Source of the DNA: Polyangiaceae bacterium
Lineage (GTDB): Bacteria; Myxococcota_A; Polyangia; Polyangiales; Polyangiaceae
Assembly: GCA_044222475.1 (NCBI GenBank)
Contig: JBGANF010000004.1
Span: 78,794 to 142,793 of the forward strand
Reading direction: 5' to 3'
DNA length: 64,000 nucleotides
Under the pieces are notes generated by a model. The model was given only the letters and a program-made list of their open reading frames with translations, made no database searches and was not told where the DNA came from. A program made the position numbers and the translations under genes. Of the stretch, positions 32,369-42,464 are shown piece by piece. Positions within the stretch are counted from its first letter, which is position 1. Every line of letters starts with the position of its first letter.

Positions 32369-33202
32369 TTACGCAGTGGCTGGCGAGTCGACCGGACGCT
32401 CCGGCGGGCCGAGCTTCTGCTCGTTCCAGCGCGCCGGGTTGAACAGGTGGGGCCGCTTGTGGTGGTTCGCGTGGAAGTAGATCCCGACGAACAGCTTGTT
32501 CCCCAGCTTGTAGTACCCGTGGTTCAGGTTGACCGGGCGGAACTCGTCGTCGGTCTCGCCCGCTTCGCCGTTGTGGGTGGACCAGTTGAAGTGGATCACG
32601 AAGAGCGCAGCGATCAGGTTGGCGGGGACGAAGACGAGGAAGAAGAACCAGGGGCCGAGGAACAGCGCCCACGCGAGGAGCAGGACGATGTTCGTCCCGT
32701 AGCTCACCTTCGCGCGGAACGACTCGTAGCGCCGGTTTTCTGGCGTGTCGCCCCAGACGTCGAAGTACTGCTGCTGCAGCTGCTTCTCGGTGTTCACCAC
32801 CGTGTAGTGGACCGTCTTCCAGAAGCCCTTGAAGTTCGGGTGGGGATCACGGACCCGGTCGTCCGAGTAGCGGTGGTGCCGCATGTGCACGATGTCCCAC
32901 GAGGCGTAGCGCACGGCGACCATGAGCCCGAGGACCTCGCCGACGACGCGGTTGATCGCGCGAGGGAAATTCCCGTGGGTCGCGTTGTGGATGCACAGGT
33001 GAGCGAAGATCAGCCCGTACACCACCAGCGGAAACGCGGCGAGGTACGACCAGTGGAAGCCGGGGAAAATGGGCCGAAAGTCGGTCAGCCACATGACCGC
33101 GGACAGCGCTCCGCAAAGGACGAAGTAGAACCCGTCGTACTGAAGGTAGAAGCGGGGGTTCTTCTTGAACTGCTGGATTGGATGCGCGGTGACGAAAGAC
33201 AC
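32369..33202 (-). CDS. Membrane fatty acid desaturase family protein
   Basis: His boxes HNATH, HMRHH, HANHH. Confidence 0.85.
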   Translation of the reverse strand: MSFVTAHPIQQFKKNPRFYLQYDGFYFVLCGALSAVMWLTDFRPIFPGFHWSYLAAFPLVVYGLIFAHLCIHNATHGNFPRAINRVVGEVLGLMVAVRYASWDIVHMRHHRYSDDRVRDPHPNFKGFWKTVHYTVVNTEKQLQQQYFDVWGDTPENRRYESFRAKVSYGTNIVLLLAWALFLGPWFFFLVFVPANLIAALFVIHFNWSTHNGEAGETDDEFRPVNLNHGYYKLGNKLFVGIYFHANHHKRPHLFNPARWNEQKLGPPERPVDSPATA

Positions 33203-33332
33203 GTCTCCCCTCGGCCACAGTAAGGGTCGCTTCCCGGCGAGACCGCGAGTTACCGCGAAACGGGCCGGAGGTCGAGGGGAAAACGGTTTCGCCGTTGAGC
33301 GAGACCCGCCGCCGCGCTAAAACGCGCGCGCG

Positions 33333-34244
33333 ATGTCTCTCTTGGGGTTGAAGCACGCGAAGGACGTACGCCAGCTGTGGACCGTCGCCACGTACTACGC
33401 GCTGCTCGTCAGCATGGTGACGGTGCCCGCGTGCCGGAACATCGTGGTTCTGGGCGCCGCGTGCGCGTTCTCGTTTCTGACCGCGGTGGTGAATCACAAC
33501 AACCTCCACCAGGGGATGTTCCACTCGAAGCGCGCGAACCAGGTGTTCCGCCTGCTCCTCAGCTTCGCCGCGCTCTACCCGGTCTCGGCGAACGTCCCGG
33601 CCCACAACCTCGTTCACCACCACTTCGACGACGACGGGCAACCCGACTGGGCGGACCCGAAGCAGGTGAGCTTCCGGTGGAACCTGCTCAACCTGATTCA
33701 CTTCCCCAACAGCGCCGGCCCGACGACGTTCAACGGCGTCACGCGCTGGGGAAAGCTCCTCGGTCGCGGCGAGTTCCGCCGCCAGTACACCCTCGAGTCG
33801 GTGTTCGCGTTCGGGCTCACCGGTGCGCTGCTCGTGTGGGACTTCTGGACGGTCCTCTTCTTCGTCGTCGTCCCGCAGCTCTGGGGCGCGCGGTGGTTCC
33901 TTCGCATCAACATCATCCAGCACGACGGCTGCGACACGACGAGCGAGTGGAATCACTCGCGCAACTTCGTCGGCCGCATCTTCAACTGGTTCATGATGAA
34001 CAACGGCTACCACACGATCCACCACGACCGCGCCGGCCTCCACTGGACCGAGCTCGCCGACGCCCACGCGCGCGAGGTCGTGCCGCACATCGATCCGTCA
34101 CTCGACGAGCCCAGCATGGTGCTCTACCTGCTCCGCACCTACGTCTTCCGCTTCTCTCGGCCAGAGACGGTGCGCGAAGCAGGAGGGCCGGCGCTGGCGG
34201 CGCGCGCGGTGCGCCGAGCCGAAGCCGAAGCCGAGGCGGCCTAG
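33333..34244 (+). CDS. Membrane fatty acid desaturase family protein
   Basis: His boxes HNNLH, HNLVHH, HTIHH. Confidence 0.88.
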   Translation: MSLLGLKHAKDVRQLWTVATYYALLVSMVTVPACRNIVVLGAACAFSFLTAVVNHNNLHQGMFHSKRANQVFRLLLSFAALYPVSANVPAHNLVHHHFDDDGQPDWADPKQVSFRWNLLNLIHFPNSAGPTTFNGVTRWGKLLGRGEFRRQYTLESVFAFGLTGALLVWDFWTVLFFVVVPQLWGARWFLRINIIQHDGCDTTSEWNHSRNFVGRIFNWFMMNNGYHTIHHDRAGLHWTELADAHAREVVPHIDPSLDEPSMVLYLLRTYVFRFSRPETVREAGGPALAARAVRRAEAEAEAA

Positions 34245-34251
34245 AGCCCAC

Positions 34252-35016
34252 GTGCTGTCGCGCGAGGTGATGGGTATCTTCTGCCTCGTCGTCCTGTGGA
34301 CGACGGCGCTCCTCGTCGCGGCGGCGGCGTTCCAGCTTCGCGGGCGCCTGGCCGCGAAGGCGAGGTCGCTGGGGAAGGCCAAGGTCGGCATCATCGACAG
34401 CGAGGGCACGTTCGCCACCGCGTTCGTCGAGCAGGTCGGCCGCGCGCTGGACCCGGCGGACGCACCGGCGATCACCTTCCACGACCGCCGGTACGGCGGC
34501 TCGATCGCCGGGGGCGCGCTCGTCTGCGCCGGCGAGCGCGTCGAGGTCGCCGCCGCCGAGGACGCCGAAGTCTGGGTCGACGACGCGCGCCGCGAAAAGG
34601 CCGCCCGTTGTCCCTCGTTGGGATCCTTCGACGAGGCGTACGCGATGGCACGCAAGGCCAAAGGCTGGGTGCGTACCGTCGAGGTACGGCTCGAAAAGGG
34701 CGACCGCGTCCACTATTTCCCCGGAGCGCACCCGGTGATCGCCACCTTCGATCCCACCCGATGGCTCGGCGAGAAGGCGCGCGCCCTCGTCGTCTTCGCC
34801 ATCACCGAGCTCTTCGTCTGCGGGGTCGTCACCCGGGTCGCCCTCAGCGAACCCCTCTTCGGTACCGTCAGCACGATCGGTGGGGCGCTCGCGATCGCGT
34901 TCTTCCTGGGCGTGACGCCGCTCGGCGTGAAGCTGCGCGAGGTGGCGCGATTCCCGAGCGAGGCCCGCCTGCTCGGCGTGTGGCAGCGAAGCGCCATCCG
35001 AGAGACGACGGGGTGA
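34252..35016 (+). CDS. Hypothetical membrane protein
   Basis: One N-terminal and two C-terminal TMs; operon-like spacing. Confidence 0.65.
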   Translation: MLSREVMGIFCLVVLWTTALLVAAAAFQLRGRLAAKARSLGKAKVGIIDSEGTFATAFVEQVGRALDPADAPAITFHDRRYGGSIAGGALVCAGERVEVAAAEDAEVWVDDARREKAARCPSLGSFDEAYAMARKAKGWVRTVEVRLEKGDRVHYFPGAHPVIATFDPTRWLGEKARALVVFAITELFVCGVVTRVALSEPLFGTVSTIGGALAIAFFLGVTPLGVKLREVARFPSEARLLGVWQRSAIRETTG

Positions 35017-35816
35017 TCACCCTCTCGGCGATCTGGCTCTACCCGGTGAAGGGTCTCCGCGGCCACCCGGTCGACGTGGCGACCGTCGAGCCGCGCGGGC
35101 TCGCCGGCGACCGGCGCTGCATGGTGGTCGACGAGAACGGCGCTTTCGTCACCCAGCGCCAAGATCCCAATTTGGTACGAATGGCCGCGCGCTGGATCGG
35201 CCGGTCGATCGCGCTGACGCACGAAGGCGCCACCGTCGACGTCGACCTGGAGCACGCGGGACCGTCGGTCGACGTCCGGGTCTGGGCCAGCGACGTCCGT
35301 GCCGTGGAGCTGCCGCTCGGCTCGGAGTTCGTCTCGGCCGCGCTCGGGCGGCGGTGCCGCCTCGTGCGCCTCCCCGAGTCCGAGCGGCGCGCCGTCACGT
35401 CGAGCGCCGGGCTCGAGGGCGACCAGGTCTCGTTTGCCGACGCGTTCCCGTACCTCCTGGCCTCGACCTCGTCGCTCGACGACCTCCGCGCGCGCGCCGG
35501 AGATTCGTCGCTGTCGATGGAGCGCTTCCGGCCCAACCTCGTCGTCGACGGGCTGCCACCGTGGGCCGAGGACGACGTCGCCGAGCTCACGATCGGCGGC
35601 GTCGGGTTCCAGAACCGAAAGCCGTGCGACCGATGCTCCGTGACGCTCGTCGACCCGGAGTCGGGGAAGCCCGGGAAGGAGCCCCTCAAGACCCTATCGA
35701 CGTTCCGCGAGCGCGACGGCAAGGTCTACTTCGGCGTCAACCTCGTCGCGACGAGCGACGGGGTCGTCCGCGTCGGCGATCGGTTCGCGGTTCAGCGGGT
35801 GAAGGCGCCGCAGTAG
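35013..35816 (+). CDS. MOSC domain protein (YcbX/mARC-like)
   Basis: YPVKG, DRR.MVVD, FADAFPYLL, RFRPNLVV, PCDRC, FGVN. Confidence 0.9.
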   Translation: MITLSAIWLYPVKGLRGHPVDVATVEPRGLAGDRRCMVVDENGAFVTQRQDPNLVRMAARWIGRSIALTHEGATVDVDLEHAGPSVDVRVWASDVRAVELPLGSEFVSAALGRRCRLVRLPESERRAVTSSAGLEGDQVSFADAFPYLLASTSSLDDLRARAGDSSLSMERFRPNLVVDGLPPWAEDDVAELTIGGVGFQNRKPCDRCSVTLVDPESGKPGKEPLKTLSTFRERDGKVYFGVNLVATSDGVVRVGDRFAVQRVKAPQ

Positions 35817-36064
35817 GTCTCGCGCTTCTCACCGAGCGACGTCACCACGATCACCGTGCGACAAGGCGAGCCCTGCGCCGCTTCGTCGGCGTGTCGGTGA
35901 AACGTCGCGTAGCCGATCCACGCCGTGACGGCGACGACCCCCACGAGGGCGAGGATGCGCACGCGATCGGAGCCGCTCGCGCGTCGCATCGCGGCGACGT
36001 CACGCCGGATCTCCTCCGCTTCGAGCGCCGCGTAGTCGTTCTCGGCCGGGATGCGGTAGGGCAC
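35792..36064 (-). CDS. Small single-TM hypothetical protein
   Basis: PYR start motif, one TM, C-terminal Cys pair; fills the gap between genes. Confidence 0.5.
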   Translation of the reverse strand: MPYRIPAENDYAALEAEEIRRDVAAMRRASGSDRVRILALVGVVAVTAWIGYATFHRHADEAAQGSPCRTVIVVTSLGEKRETYCGAFTR

Positions 36065-36128
36065 GTCGATCGTACGCCGCCCACGACGAGAGCCTTCCTT
36101 CGCGGCGAAATCGTGACACATTGCGCCC

Positions 36129-37157
36129 ATGTCCGACCTCAGGGACCGGCACGAGCGACCGCTCGGCACGTTGCGCCTGTCGATCACCGACCGGTGCAAC
36201 CTGCGCTGCCACTACTGCATGCCGGAGGACGAGTACGTCTGGCTCCCGCAGCCCTCGATCCTGACGGTCCACGAGATCGACCGTGTCGTCCGGGCGTTCG
36301 CCAGCCACGGCGTGCGCGAGGTACGGCTCACCGGCGGCGAGCCGATGCTGCGCAAGGAGGTCGTCGAGATCGTCGAGCGCGTGAGGGCGGTGACGGGTAT
36401 CGAAGAGGTGACGCTGACGACGAACGGGCTCCTCTTCGCGCGGCACGCGGCCGAGCTCCGGCGCGCTGGGCTGGCGCGCGTCACGTTCAGCCTCGACACC
36501 CTGCGCCCCGACCGCGCGCTGAAGCTCACCCGGACGACCCGCCTCGACGACACCATCGCAGCCATCGAGGGCGCGGCGAGCCACGGCTTCCGCGGCACGA
36601 AGATCAACAGCGTCATCGTACGCGGCGAGAACGACGACGAGATCGTCGATCTCCTGCGCTTCGGCGAGCGCGCCGGCGTCGAGGTGCGCTTCCTCGAATA
36701 CATGGACGTGGGCGGCGCGACGCAGTGGCGCCCGGAGCGGGTGATCGGCAAGGCCGAGATGCTCGCGCGCATCGAGTCCGCGATGGGACCGACCAAGCCG
36801 CACGGCGCGATCGGCCCGGCTCCGGCCGCACGCTTCGTGACCGAAGGCGGGACCGTGTTCGGGATCGTGTCGAGCACGACGGAGCCGTTCTGCGCGCGCT
36901 GCGATCGTGCGCGGGTCACCGCCGACGGGGTCCTGTTCACCTGCCTCTACGCGGCCTCCGGGATCGATCTCGCGACGCGACTTCGCGCCGGCGACGACGA
37001 CGCGATGATCGCATCGCTCATCGCTTCGGTGTGGGCCGGCCGGGCAGACCGCGGCGCCGAGGATCGCGCCCGGATCGCCGTGCGGGAGGACGTCCTGATC
37101 CCCGCGGCGCAGCTCAAGCGCGATCCCCACCGCGAGATGCACACCCGCGGCGGTTGA
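36129..37157 (+). CDS. moaA: GTP 3',8-cyclase
   Basis: CNLRCHYC; RLTGGEP; FCARCDR..TCL; C-terminal GG. Confidence 0.95.
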   Translation: MSDLRDRHERPLGTLRLSITDRCNLRCHYCMPEDEYVWLPQPSILTVHEIDRVVRAFASHGVREVRLTGGEPMLRKEVVEIVERVRAVTGIEEVTLTTNGLLFARHAAELRRAGLARVTFSLDTLRPDRALKLTRTTRLDDTIAAIEGAASHGFRGTKINSVIVRGENDDEIVDLLRFGERAGVEVRFLEYMDVGGATQWRPERVIGKAEMLARIESAMGPTKPHGAIGPAPAARFVTEGGTVFGIVSSTTEPFCARCDRARVTADGVLFTCLYAASGIDLATRLRAGDDDAMIASLIASVWAGRADRGAEDRARIAVREDVLIPAAQLKRDPHREMHTRGG

Positions 37158-37161
37158 AACG

Positions 37162-37845
37162 CTACTCGGTGAGCGCGGCTCGGGGCTCGGCGACCGGAGA
37201 CTCGGCGCCGAAGCGACGATCGAACGCGCGGGACGCGAGGGTCCCCGCGGCGACCATCGCGGCGAGGGGGATGACCACCGGCGCACCAGCGATCGTGATC
37301 CCGGCAGCGGCGACCACCGCCGAGACGGCACCCGCCGCCACGACCCCCGCCGCACCGGCCGCCGCTCCACGCGCCGCGCGCTTGCCCACGTGACGCGCGG
37401 CGACGCCGCGGGCGAGGGTCCCCTTGCGCACCGCCGGCACGACCTCGACGCCCGCGAGGACCGCATCGATCGCCGCACCGCCGAGCGCCCCCAACGCGGT
37501 CGCACGCCCGATCTGTCCCAGGGCGCCACGCACCGTCGTTCGAGCGGCGGACGCCACGAGCTCTTCGCTCACGGTCGCTGCGACGCCGCCGGTCGGGGTC
37601 AAGCGAAGCGCGACCCCGCCTCCGCTGATCCCACCCTCACCGAGGGTCATCGCGCGGGCCGTGCTCGCCACCGCGCCGGCCGCCTGCGCCACCGGAGCCG
37701 CGACCTTGACCCCGAGCTGCTCGACCGTCGATTTCGCGAAGCGCGCGCCCGCGCCGATGCGCGCTCCGTGGAGCCCGGATTGAATCGCCGGGATGCCACG
37801 AGTGGCGAGCGCCGCCACGGCCTGAAACGCTTGGAGGAGGGCCAT
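37162..37845 (-). CDS. Ala/Gly-rich hypothetical membrane protein
   Basis: Hydrophobic glycine-zipper-like C-terminus; TATGCT 7 nt before ATG. Confidence 0.55.
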   Translation of the reverse strand: MALLQAFQAVAALATRGIPAIQSGLHGARIGAGARFAKSTVEQLGVKVAAPVAQAAGAVASTARAMTLGEGGISGGGVALRLTPTGGVAATVSEELVASAARTTVRGALGQIGRATALGALGGAAIDAVLAGVEVVPAVRKGTLARGVAARHVGKRAARGAAAGAAGVVAAGAVSAVVAAAGITIAGAPVVIPLAAMVAAGTLASRAFDRRFGAESPVAEPRAALTE

Positions 37846-37905
37846 GACCACCAGCATACGCGAGAAGGACGCTGACGGCAGGCGCGAACCGTGCGATCGA
37901 GAGGT

Positions 37906-38751
37906 ATGAGATTGGTGCCTTCGTTCTTCGTTGCCGCCGCCGCCCTCCTTCTTGGGCTCGACGCACACGCCTTTCCGCAGTCGACCAACCCGGCGATGAC
38001 CGATCCGTCGAAGGCGACGGCGACCGCGCCCGAGACCTTCCGCGCCAAGTTCGAGACGACGAAGGGCGACGTGATCTTCGACTGCACGCGGGCGTGGGCA
38101 CCCCACGGCGTCGACCGCTTCTACAACCTGGTGAAGATCGGCTTCTTCGACGACATCGCGCTCTTCCGCGTCTCGAAGGGCTTCGTCGTCCAGTGGGGCA
38201 TCCACGGCGACCCCAAGGTGAGCGCCGTCTGGAGCGACGCGAACATCCCGCCCGACCCGCCCAAGCAGTCGAACACGCGCGGGATGCTCACGTACGCGAT
38301 GGCCGGGTCGCCGACGACGCGCTCGACCCAGCTGTTCATCAACTACGGCAACAACGCCGGGCTCGACGCGCAGGGCTTCGCTCCCATCTGCAAGGTCGCC
38401 GAGGGCATGGAGGTCGCCGACTCGTTCAACGGCGAGTACGGCGAGCGCCTCACCGAGATGCAGGGCGAGATCCAGTCGAAGGGCAACGCGTACCTCGCCG
38501 CGAGCTGGCCTCGACTCGATTACGTGAAGACTGCAACCATCGTCAGCGAGGGTCCAGCCCACGAGGGCACCGAAGGCGAGAAGAAGAAGGACGAAGACGG
38601 CTCGAGCTCCGTCCCGTACGTCATCGCCGCGTTCGTGTTCCTCGGCGCCATCGTCTACTTCGTCACCCGCGGCAAGGACGACGAGAAGAAGCCGGAGCCC
38701 AAGGCGGGGACGCCGGGCAAGAAGAAGAAGAAGAAGCGCCCGCAGCGCTAG
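37906..38751 (+). CDS. Cyclophilin-type peptidyl-prolyl isomerase with signal peptide and C-terminal TM anchor
   Basis: FETTKG, WAPHGVDRFYNL, FRV..FVVQWG, RSTQLFIN. Confidence 0.88.
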   Translation: MRLVPSFFVAAAALLLGLDAHAFPQSTNPAMTDPSKATATAPETFRAKFETTKGDVIFDCTRAWAPHGVDRFYNLVKIGFFDDIALFRVSKGFVVQWGIHGDPKVSAVWSDANIPPDPPKQSNTRGMLTYAMAGSPTTRSTQLFINYGNNAGLDAQGFAPICKVAEGMEVADSFNGEYGERLTEMQGEIQSKGNAYLAASWPRLDYVKTATIVSEGPAHEGTEGEKKKDEDGSSSVPYVIAAFVFLGAIVYFVTRGKDDEKKPEPKAGTPGKKKKKKRPQR

Positions 38752-38755
38752 ACGC

Positions 38756-41700
38756 TCAGGTCTTGCCGCTCCCCGAGTCGCTCGATCGCTGGGACGGCTG
38801 ATCGATCGCGGTGTCGATCAACGTCGGGCCGGTGCCCTGCGATGGATCGCCGGCCGCGCCGGTCGCCGTGCCGGCCTCGAGGAGGCGCTCGGCGAAGCCG
38901 AGCAGCGCGGCGTTCTCCGTCGGCCGAAGCCAGCGAAGCATCTCGGTCGCGTGAAATCGGTACGCCTCGCGGTCGCCTTCTCGCAGCGCGATGCGGGCGC
39001 GAGCCTCGTGCATCGCACCCGCGAGCGGCGGGATGTCCATCGACTCGCACTCCGTGGTCGCCTCGCGAAGGATCGCCTTCGCGCGTTCGCCTTCGCCGAG
39101 TTGATCGAGCGCGACCGCGAGCACGCGACGGGCGCGCATCTGGGCCAGCATGATCGGACCCTCTGGCCGCTTGCCGAGCTCGATCACGGTCTCCGCGTGC
39201 GAACGCGCATCGTCGATCCTTCCAGCCGCCAACAAGCACTCCGCAAAGGCCGCGCCACCCGACTGACGCATCAGCTGATCGTCGGGCTCGAGGGCTCCGA
39301 CGACGGGCGCGAGGATGCGCACGCCCTCTGCGGGGTCGCCACGCTCGCGGTGCCACTCGGCGCGGGTGATCGCGAGCCGCGTCTCGTACTGGAACCCCTG
39401 GGGAATCAGCCGCTCGAACGCGACGATGCAGCGCTCCAGCCCGAGGACGTCGTGGGTCAGCGCGTACGCAGGGTGCGCGAACATGAGGATCTGGATGTCG
39501 GTCGACCAGGAGCCGAGCTGAATGCTGGGGACCTCCATCGCTCGCTCGATCGCCTGCGCCTTGCTCTCCTCGCCCCGGTACCGATGATGAACTGCCTTGG
39601 TCGCCTGGACGACGAGCCGGTAGTAGCGAAAACCGAGCTCGTCGATGGCAGCACAGTCCTCGTGCACGCGGGGATCGAACTGATTGACGTCGACGAGGAC
39701 CCGGAGGCCGCGAACGCCGGCCTCGGCGAAGCGCCGCTCGGTCTCGGTCGCGACCGCAAAGCGATCGCGCTGGAAGATCTCGAGCGCCCGCGAGAGACGC
39801 GTCGCCGCCGCATCGAGTCGACCGTAGAGGATGTCGGGGAACGCGTGGCTCACGAGGTAGATTGCGTAGGGCACCCGCTTCGTGAACGTCCCGAAGGGAT
39901 CGACGAGCGGGACGAGCTCGGCGAGATCGTTCTTTCGGTTCTCCGCGTTGGCGAGGCCGAGCGCGTAGGCGAGTGACGTCGCGAACGTGACGAGCGCGCG
40001 CATCGGGCTCGGCCCACGGGCGCTCCCCCGAAAGACCCAGGCGATCGACGCGACCATGACCCCGAGCACGAGCGCGAGCGGACGGCCGAGGAACCGCAGC
40101 CGCGCAGCTGCTGCGATCCCGGACTGCGCGCGATACTCCTGCACGACGCGGAGAGCGTGCTTGCTGCCGACGGCGCGGTCGGAGACCCACCCCGCGGCGA
40201 GGAGCATCGCTCGGAGCTCCATCGTTCGTCCGCGAGGGTCGCCGAGACGCTCGCGGGCCGCGAGGGCGGCTTCGAGGGGAGCGATGCAGTCGAGGAGCGC
40301 CTGCGCTTCGAACAGATCGCGACCGGCCTTGGCGAGGAGGTCGGACCCCACGCGCTCGTCGCCGCCTTCGAGCAGGTGGAAGCCGATCTCCGCCGCGCGC
40401 TCGTCGGCGTCGGACTCGAACTGGAGCCGCGCACCGACGGTGCGATGGAGGGCTCGTCGTCTCTCGGGGTCCATCGCGCGCAGAAACGCTTCGCGCGCGC
40501 TGTCGTGGCGAAAACGGAACCTCTCACCGTCGCCCTGGAGCACGCCGCGCTCGGTGAGCTCGTCGATCGCCGCGAACGTCCGATCGACGAGGCGCCCGCT
40601 GCTCTCGTGAACGACCTCGCCGGCGCCCTCGGCGAAGTCCGCGACGAGCTCGAGCGACGGCGTACCGCCGGCGACGGCGAGAACGTCACCCAGACGGCGC
40701 GCCTCGTCCGACAGCCCACGGACGCGCAGATCCATCGCAGCGGCGAGCGTCTTCGGGGCGCCCGACGAAGCGAGATCCGAGGGGACCACCCAGAGGCCCT
40801 CGTTGTATCGGACGGTCCCGTCCTCGACGAGCTGGCGCATCAGCTCGGTCGCGTGCATCGGGCTTCCCCCGGTCGCTTCGTACAGATGGCGCGCGAGCCG
40901 CCCGGAATTCGGGGGCGCCCCGAAGAGGGCGTCGACGAGCTCCTTCATCGACTCCTCGCTCAGGCCGACGAGATCGATCGTCTTGCCGTCCTTGCGGAGG
41001 GTGGTGACGGCCGCATCCGCGCGCACGGTCTCGCCGGTTCGTTGCGCCGCGACGACGAGCAGCTTCCCGCCCTTCGCTTCGCGCGCGAGCGCCGCGAGCG
41101 ACGCCGCCGAAGCTTCGTCGCAGCGTTGGATGTCGTCGACGAGCAAGCACAGCGGCACCTTCGCCGCCAGCGCGAGGATCCAGTCGGCGAGTGAGCGCTG
41201 CACGCGGAGGCGCTCTTCGCCGGGGTCCTCCGCCCGAACCGAGACCACCGCGTCGGGCATCCGCTCGCGCACCGCCGAGAGGACGCGCGACAGGACGCCG
41301 GCGAACGGCGCGAGCGCGTCCTTCGCGTCGCCGGGCGCGGCGCGGAACAGAGCCTCCGCGATCGCGTCCATGGTCGAAAAGGGCGACGGAGCCGCGGTCT
41401 CGCACGAGACGCTCGCGGTCTTGGCGCCCGACACCTTCGCCTCGAGCATCACCTCCCGCATGAGACGGCTCTTCCCGGTGCCGGACTCGGCGCGAATGAG
41501 GACGGCCCCACCCTTCCCTCGCCCCGCACGCTCGAGCGCCGTCCTGATCTGCTCGAGCTCCGTCGTGCGTCCGACCAGCGGTGCGCTCGCGACGTACCCT
41601 CTCGGGACATCCATCTCGTGGTCGGGCTCGAGCCCTCCGATGCCGGCGAGGCGCATCATCACCTCGGCGGCCGTCGAGGGTCGAGCCGCCGGCTCGAAAG

Positions 41701-42448
41701 CGATGAGGCTCATCACGAGCTCGTCGAGCGCGGGTGGGATGTCCTTCGCGTACGCCGAGGGCGGCGGCGGCGGAGCGCGCTGCCACGCGAGGGCGATCTC
41801 CTCGAAGCTGCGAGCGGGGTACGGCAGTCGCTCGGTGAGCAGGACGTAGCCGAGGACACCGAGCGAGTAGAGGTCCGTCCTCCCGTCGAGCGGGATCTCG
41901 CGCATGGTCTCCGGCGCCATGTAGGCCGCCGTCCCGGCCAACTCGGCCGAGGCGCCGACGTTCGCGAGGATCCCGAAGTCCATCAGCTTCGCGCGCCCGT
42001 TGGTGAGCCGCCGCACGTTCTTGGCCGCGAGGTCCCGGTGGACGAACCCGCGGGCGTGCAGCAGGGCCAGCGCACCGGCGACGTCGCGCAACAGGCGACA
42101 CGCGTCGCGCGGCGGGACGAGACCCACCTCTTTGAGGTCGACGCCGTCGAGCCGCTCCATCGTGTAGAAAGAGACGTCGCCGTCGTTGCCGAAATCGTAC
42201 ACCGAGACGATCCGCGGATGGCGCAAGCTCGCGAGCGTGTGGAACTCGCGACGGAAGCGGAGCTTCGCAGTCTGCGGGTCTTCCGAGGTGTACGGGTACA
42301 TCCGCTTGAGCGCGACGGTGCGCTTCTCGGTCTCGTCCCACGCCTCGAAGACCTCACCCATGCCGCCGCGACCGAGGCGTTTCTCCAAGCGATAGCGCTT
42401 GGCGATGACTGACGGAGCAGTCGACGGAGGCGGCATCGATCGCATCAT
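38756..42448 (-). CDS. Hanks-type protein kinase fused to an AAA ATPase and helical repeats
   Basis: LGRGGMGEV, VALK, HRDLAAKN, DFG, YMAPE; ESGTGKS; LLVDD; start could be 42436. Confidence 0.9.
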   Translation of the reverse strand: MMRSMPPPSTAPSVIAKRYRLEKRLGRGGMGEVFEAWDETEKRTVALKRMYPYTSEDPQTAKLRFRREFHTLASLRHPRIVSVYDFGNDGDVSFYTMERLDGVDLKEVGLVPPRDACRLLRDVAGALALLHARGFVHRDLAAKNVRRLTNGRAKLMDFGILANVGASAELAGTAAYMAPETMREIPLDGRTDLYSLGVLGYVLLTERLPYPARSFEEIALAWQRAPPPPPSAYAKDIPPALDELVMSLIAFEPAARPSTAAEVMMRLAGIGGLEPDHEMDVPRGYVASAPLVGRTTELEQIRTALERAGRGKGGAVLIRAESGTGKSRLMREVMLEAKVSGAKTASVSCETAAPSPFSTMDAIAEALFRAAPGDAKDALAPFAGVLSRVLSAVRERMPDAVVSVRAEDPGEERLRVQRSLADWILALAAKVPLCLLVDDIQRCDEASAASLAALAREAKGGKLLVVAAQRTGETVRADAAVTTLRKDGKTIDLVGLSEESMKELVDALFGAPPNSGRLARHLYEATGGSPMHATELMRQLVEDGTVRYNEGLWVVPSDLASSGAPKTLAAAMDLRVRGLSDEARRLGDVLAVAGGTPSLELVADFAEGAGEVVHESSGRLVDRTFAAIDELTERGVLQGDGERFRFRHDSAREAFLRAMDPERRRALHRTVGARLQFESDADERAAEIGFHLLEGGDERVGSDLLAKAGRDLFEAQALLDCIAPLEAALAARERLGDPRGRTMELRAMLLAAGWVSDRAVGSKHALRVVQEYRAQSGIAAAARLRFLGRPLALVLGVMVASIAWVFRGSARGPSPMRALVTFATSLAYALGLANAENRKNDLAELVPLVDPFGTFTKRVPYAIYLVSHAFPDILYGRLDAAATRLSRALEIFQRDRFAVATETERRFAEAGVRGLRVLVDVNQFDPRVHEDCAAIDELGFRYYRLVVQATKAVHHRYRGEESKAQAIERAMEVPSIQLGSWSTDIQILMFAHPAYALTHDVLGLERCIVAFERLIPQGFQYETRLAITRAEWHRERGDPAEGVRILAPVVGALEPDDQLMRQSGGAAFAECLLAAGRIDDARSHAETVIELGKRPEGPIMLAQMRARRVLAVALDQLGEGERAKAILREATTECESMDIPPLAGAMHEARARIALREGDREAYRFHATEMLRWLRPTENAALLGFAERLLEAGTATGAAGDPSQGTGPTLIDTAIDQPSQRSSDSGSGKT

Positions 42449-42464
42449 GGTACACGGTGGGAGC

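Noticed and set aside
35013..37157. MOSC and moaA proximity as a novel module
   Set aside because: Ordinary Moco-related linkage
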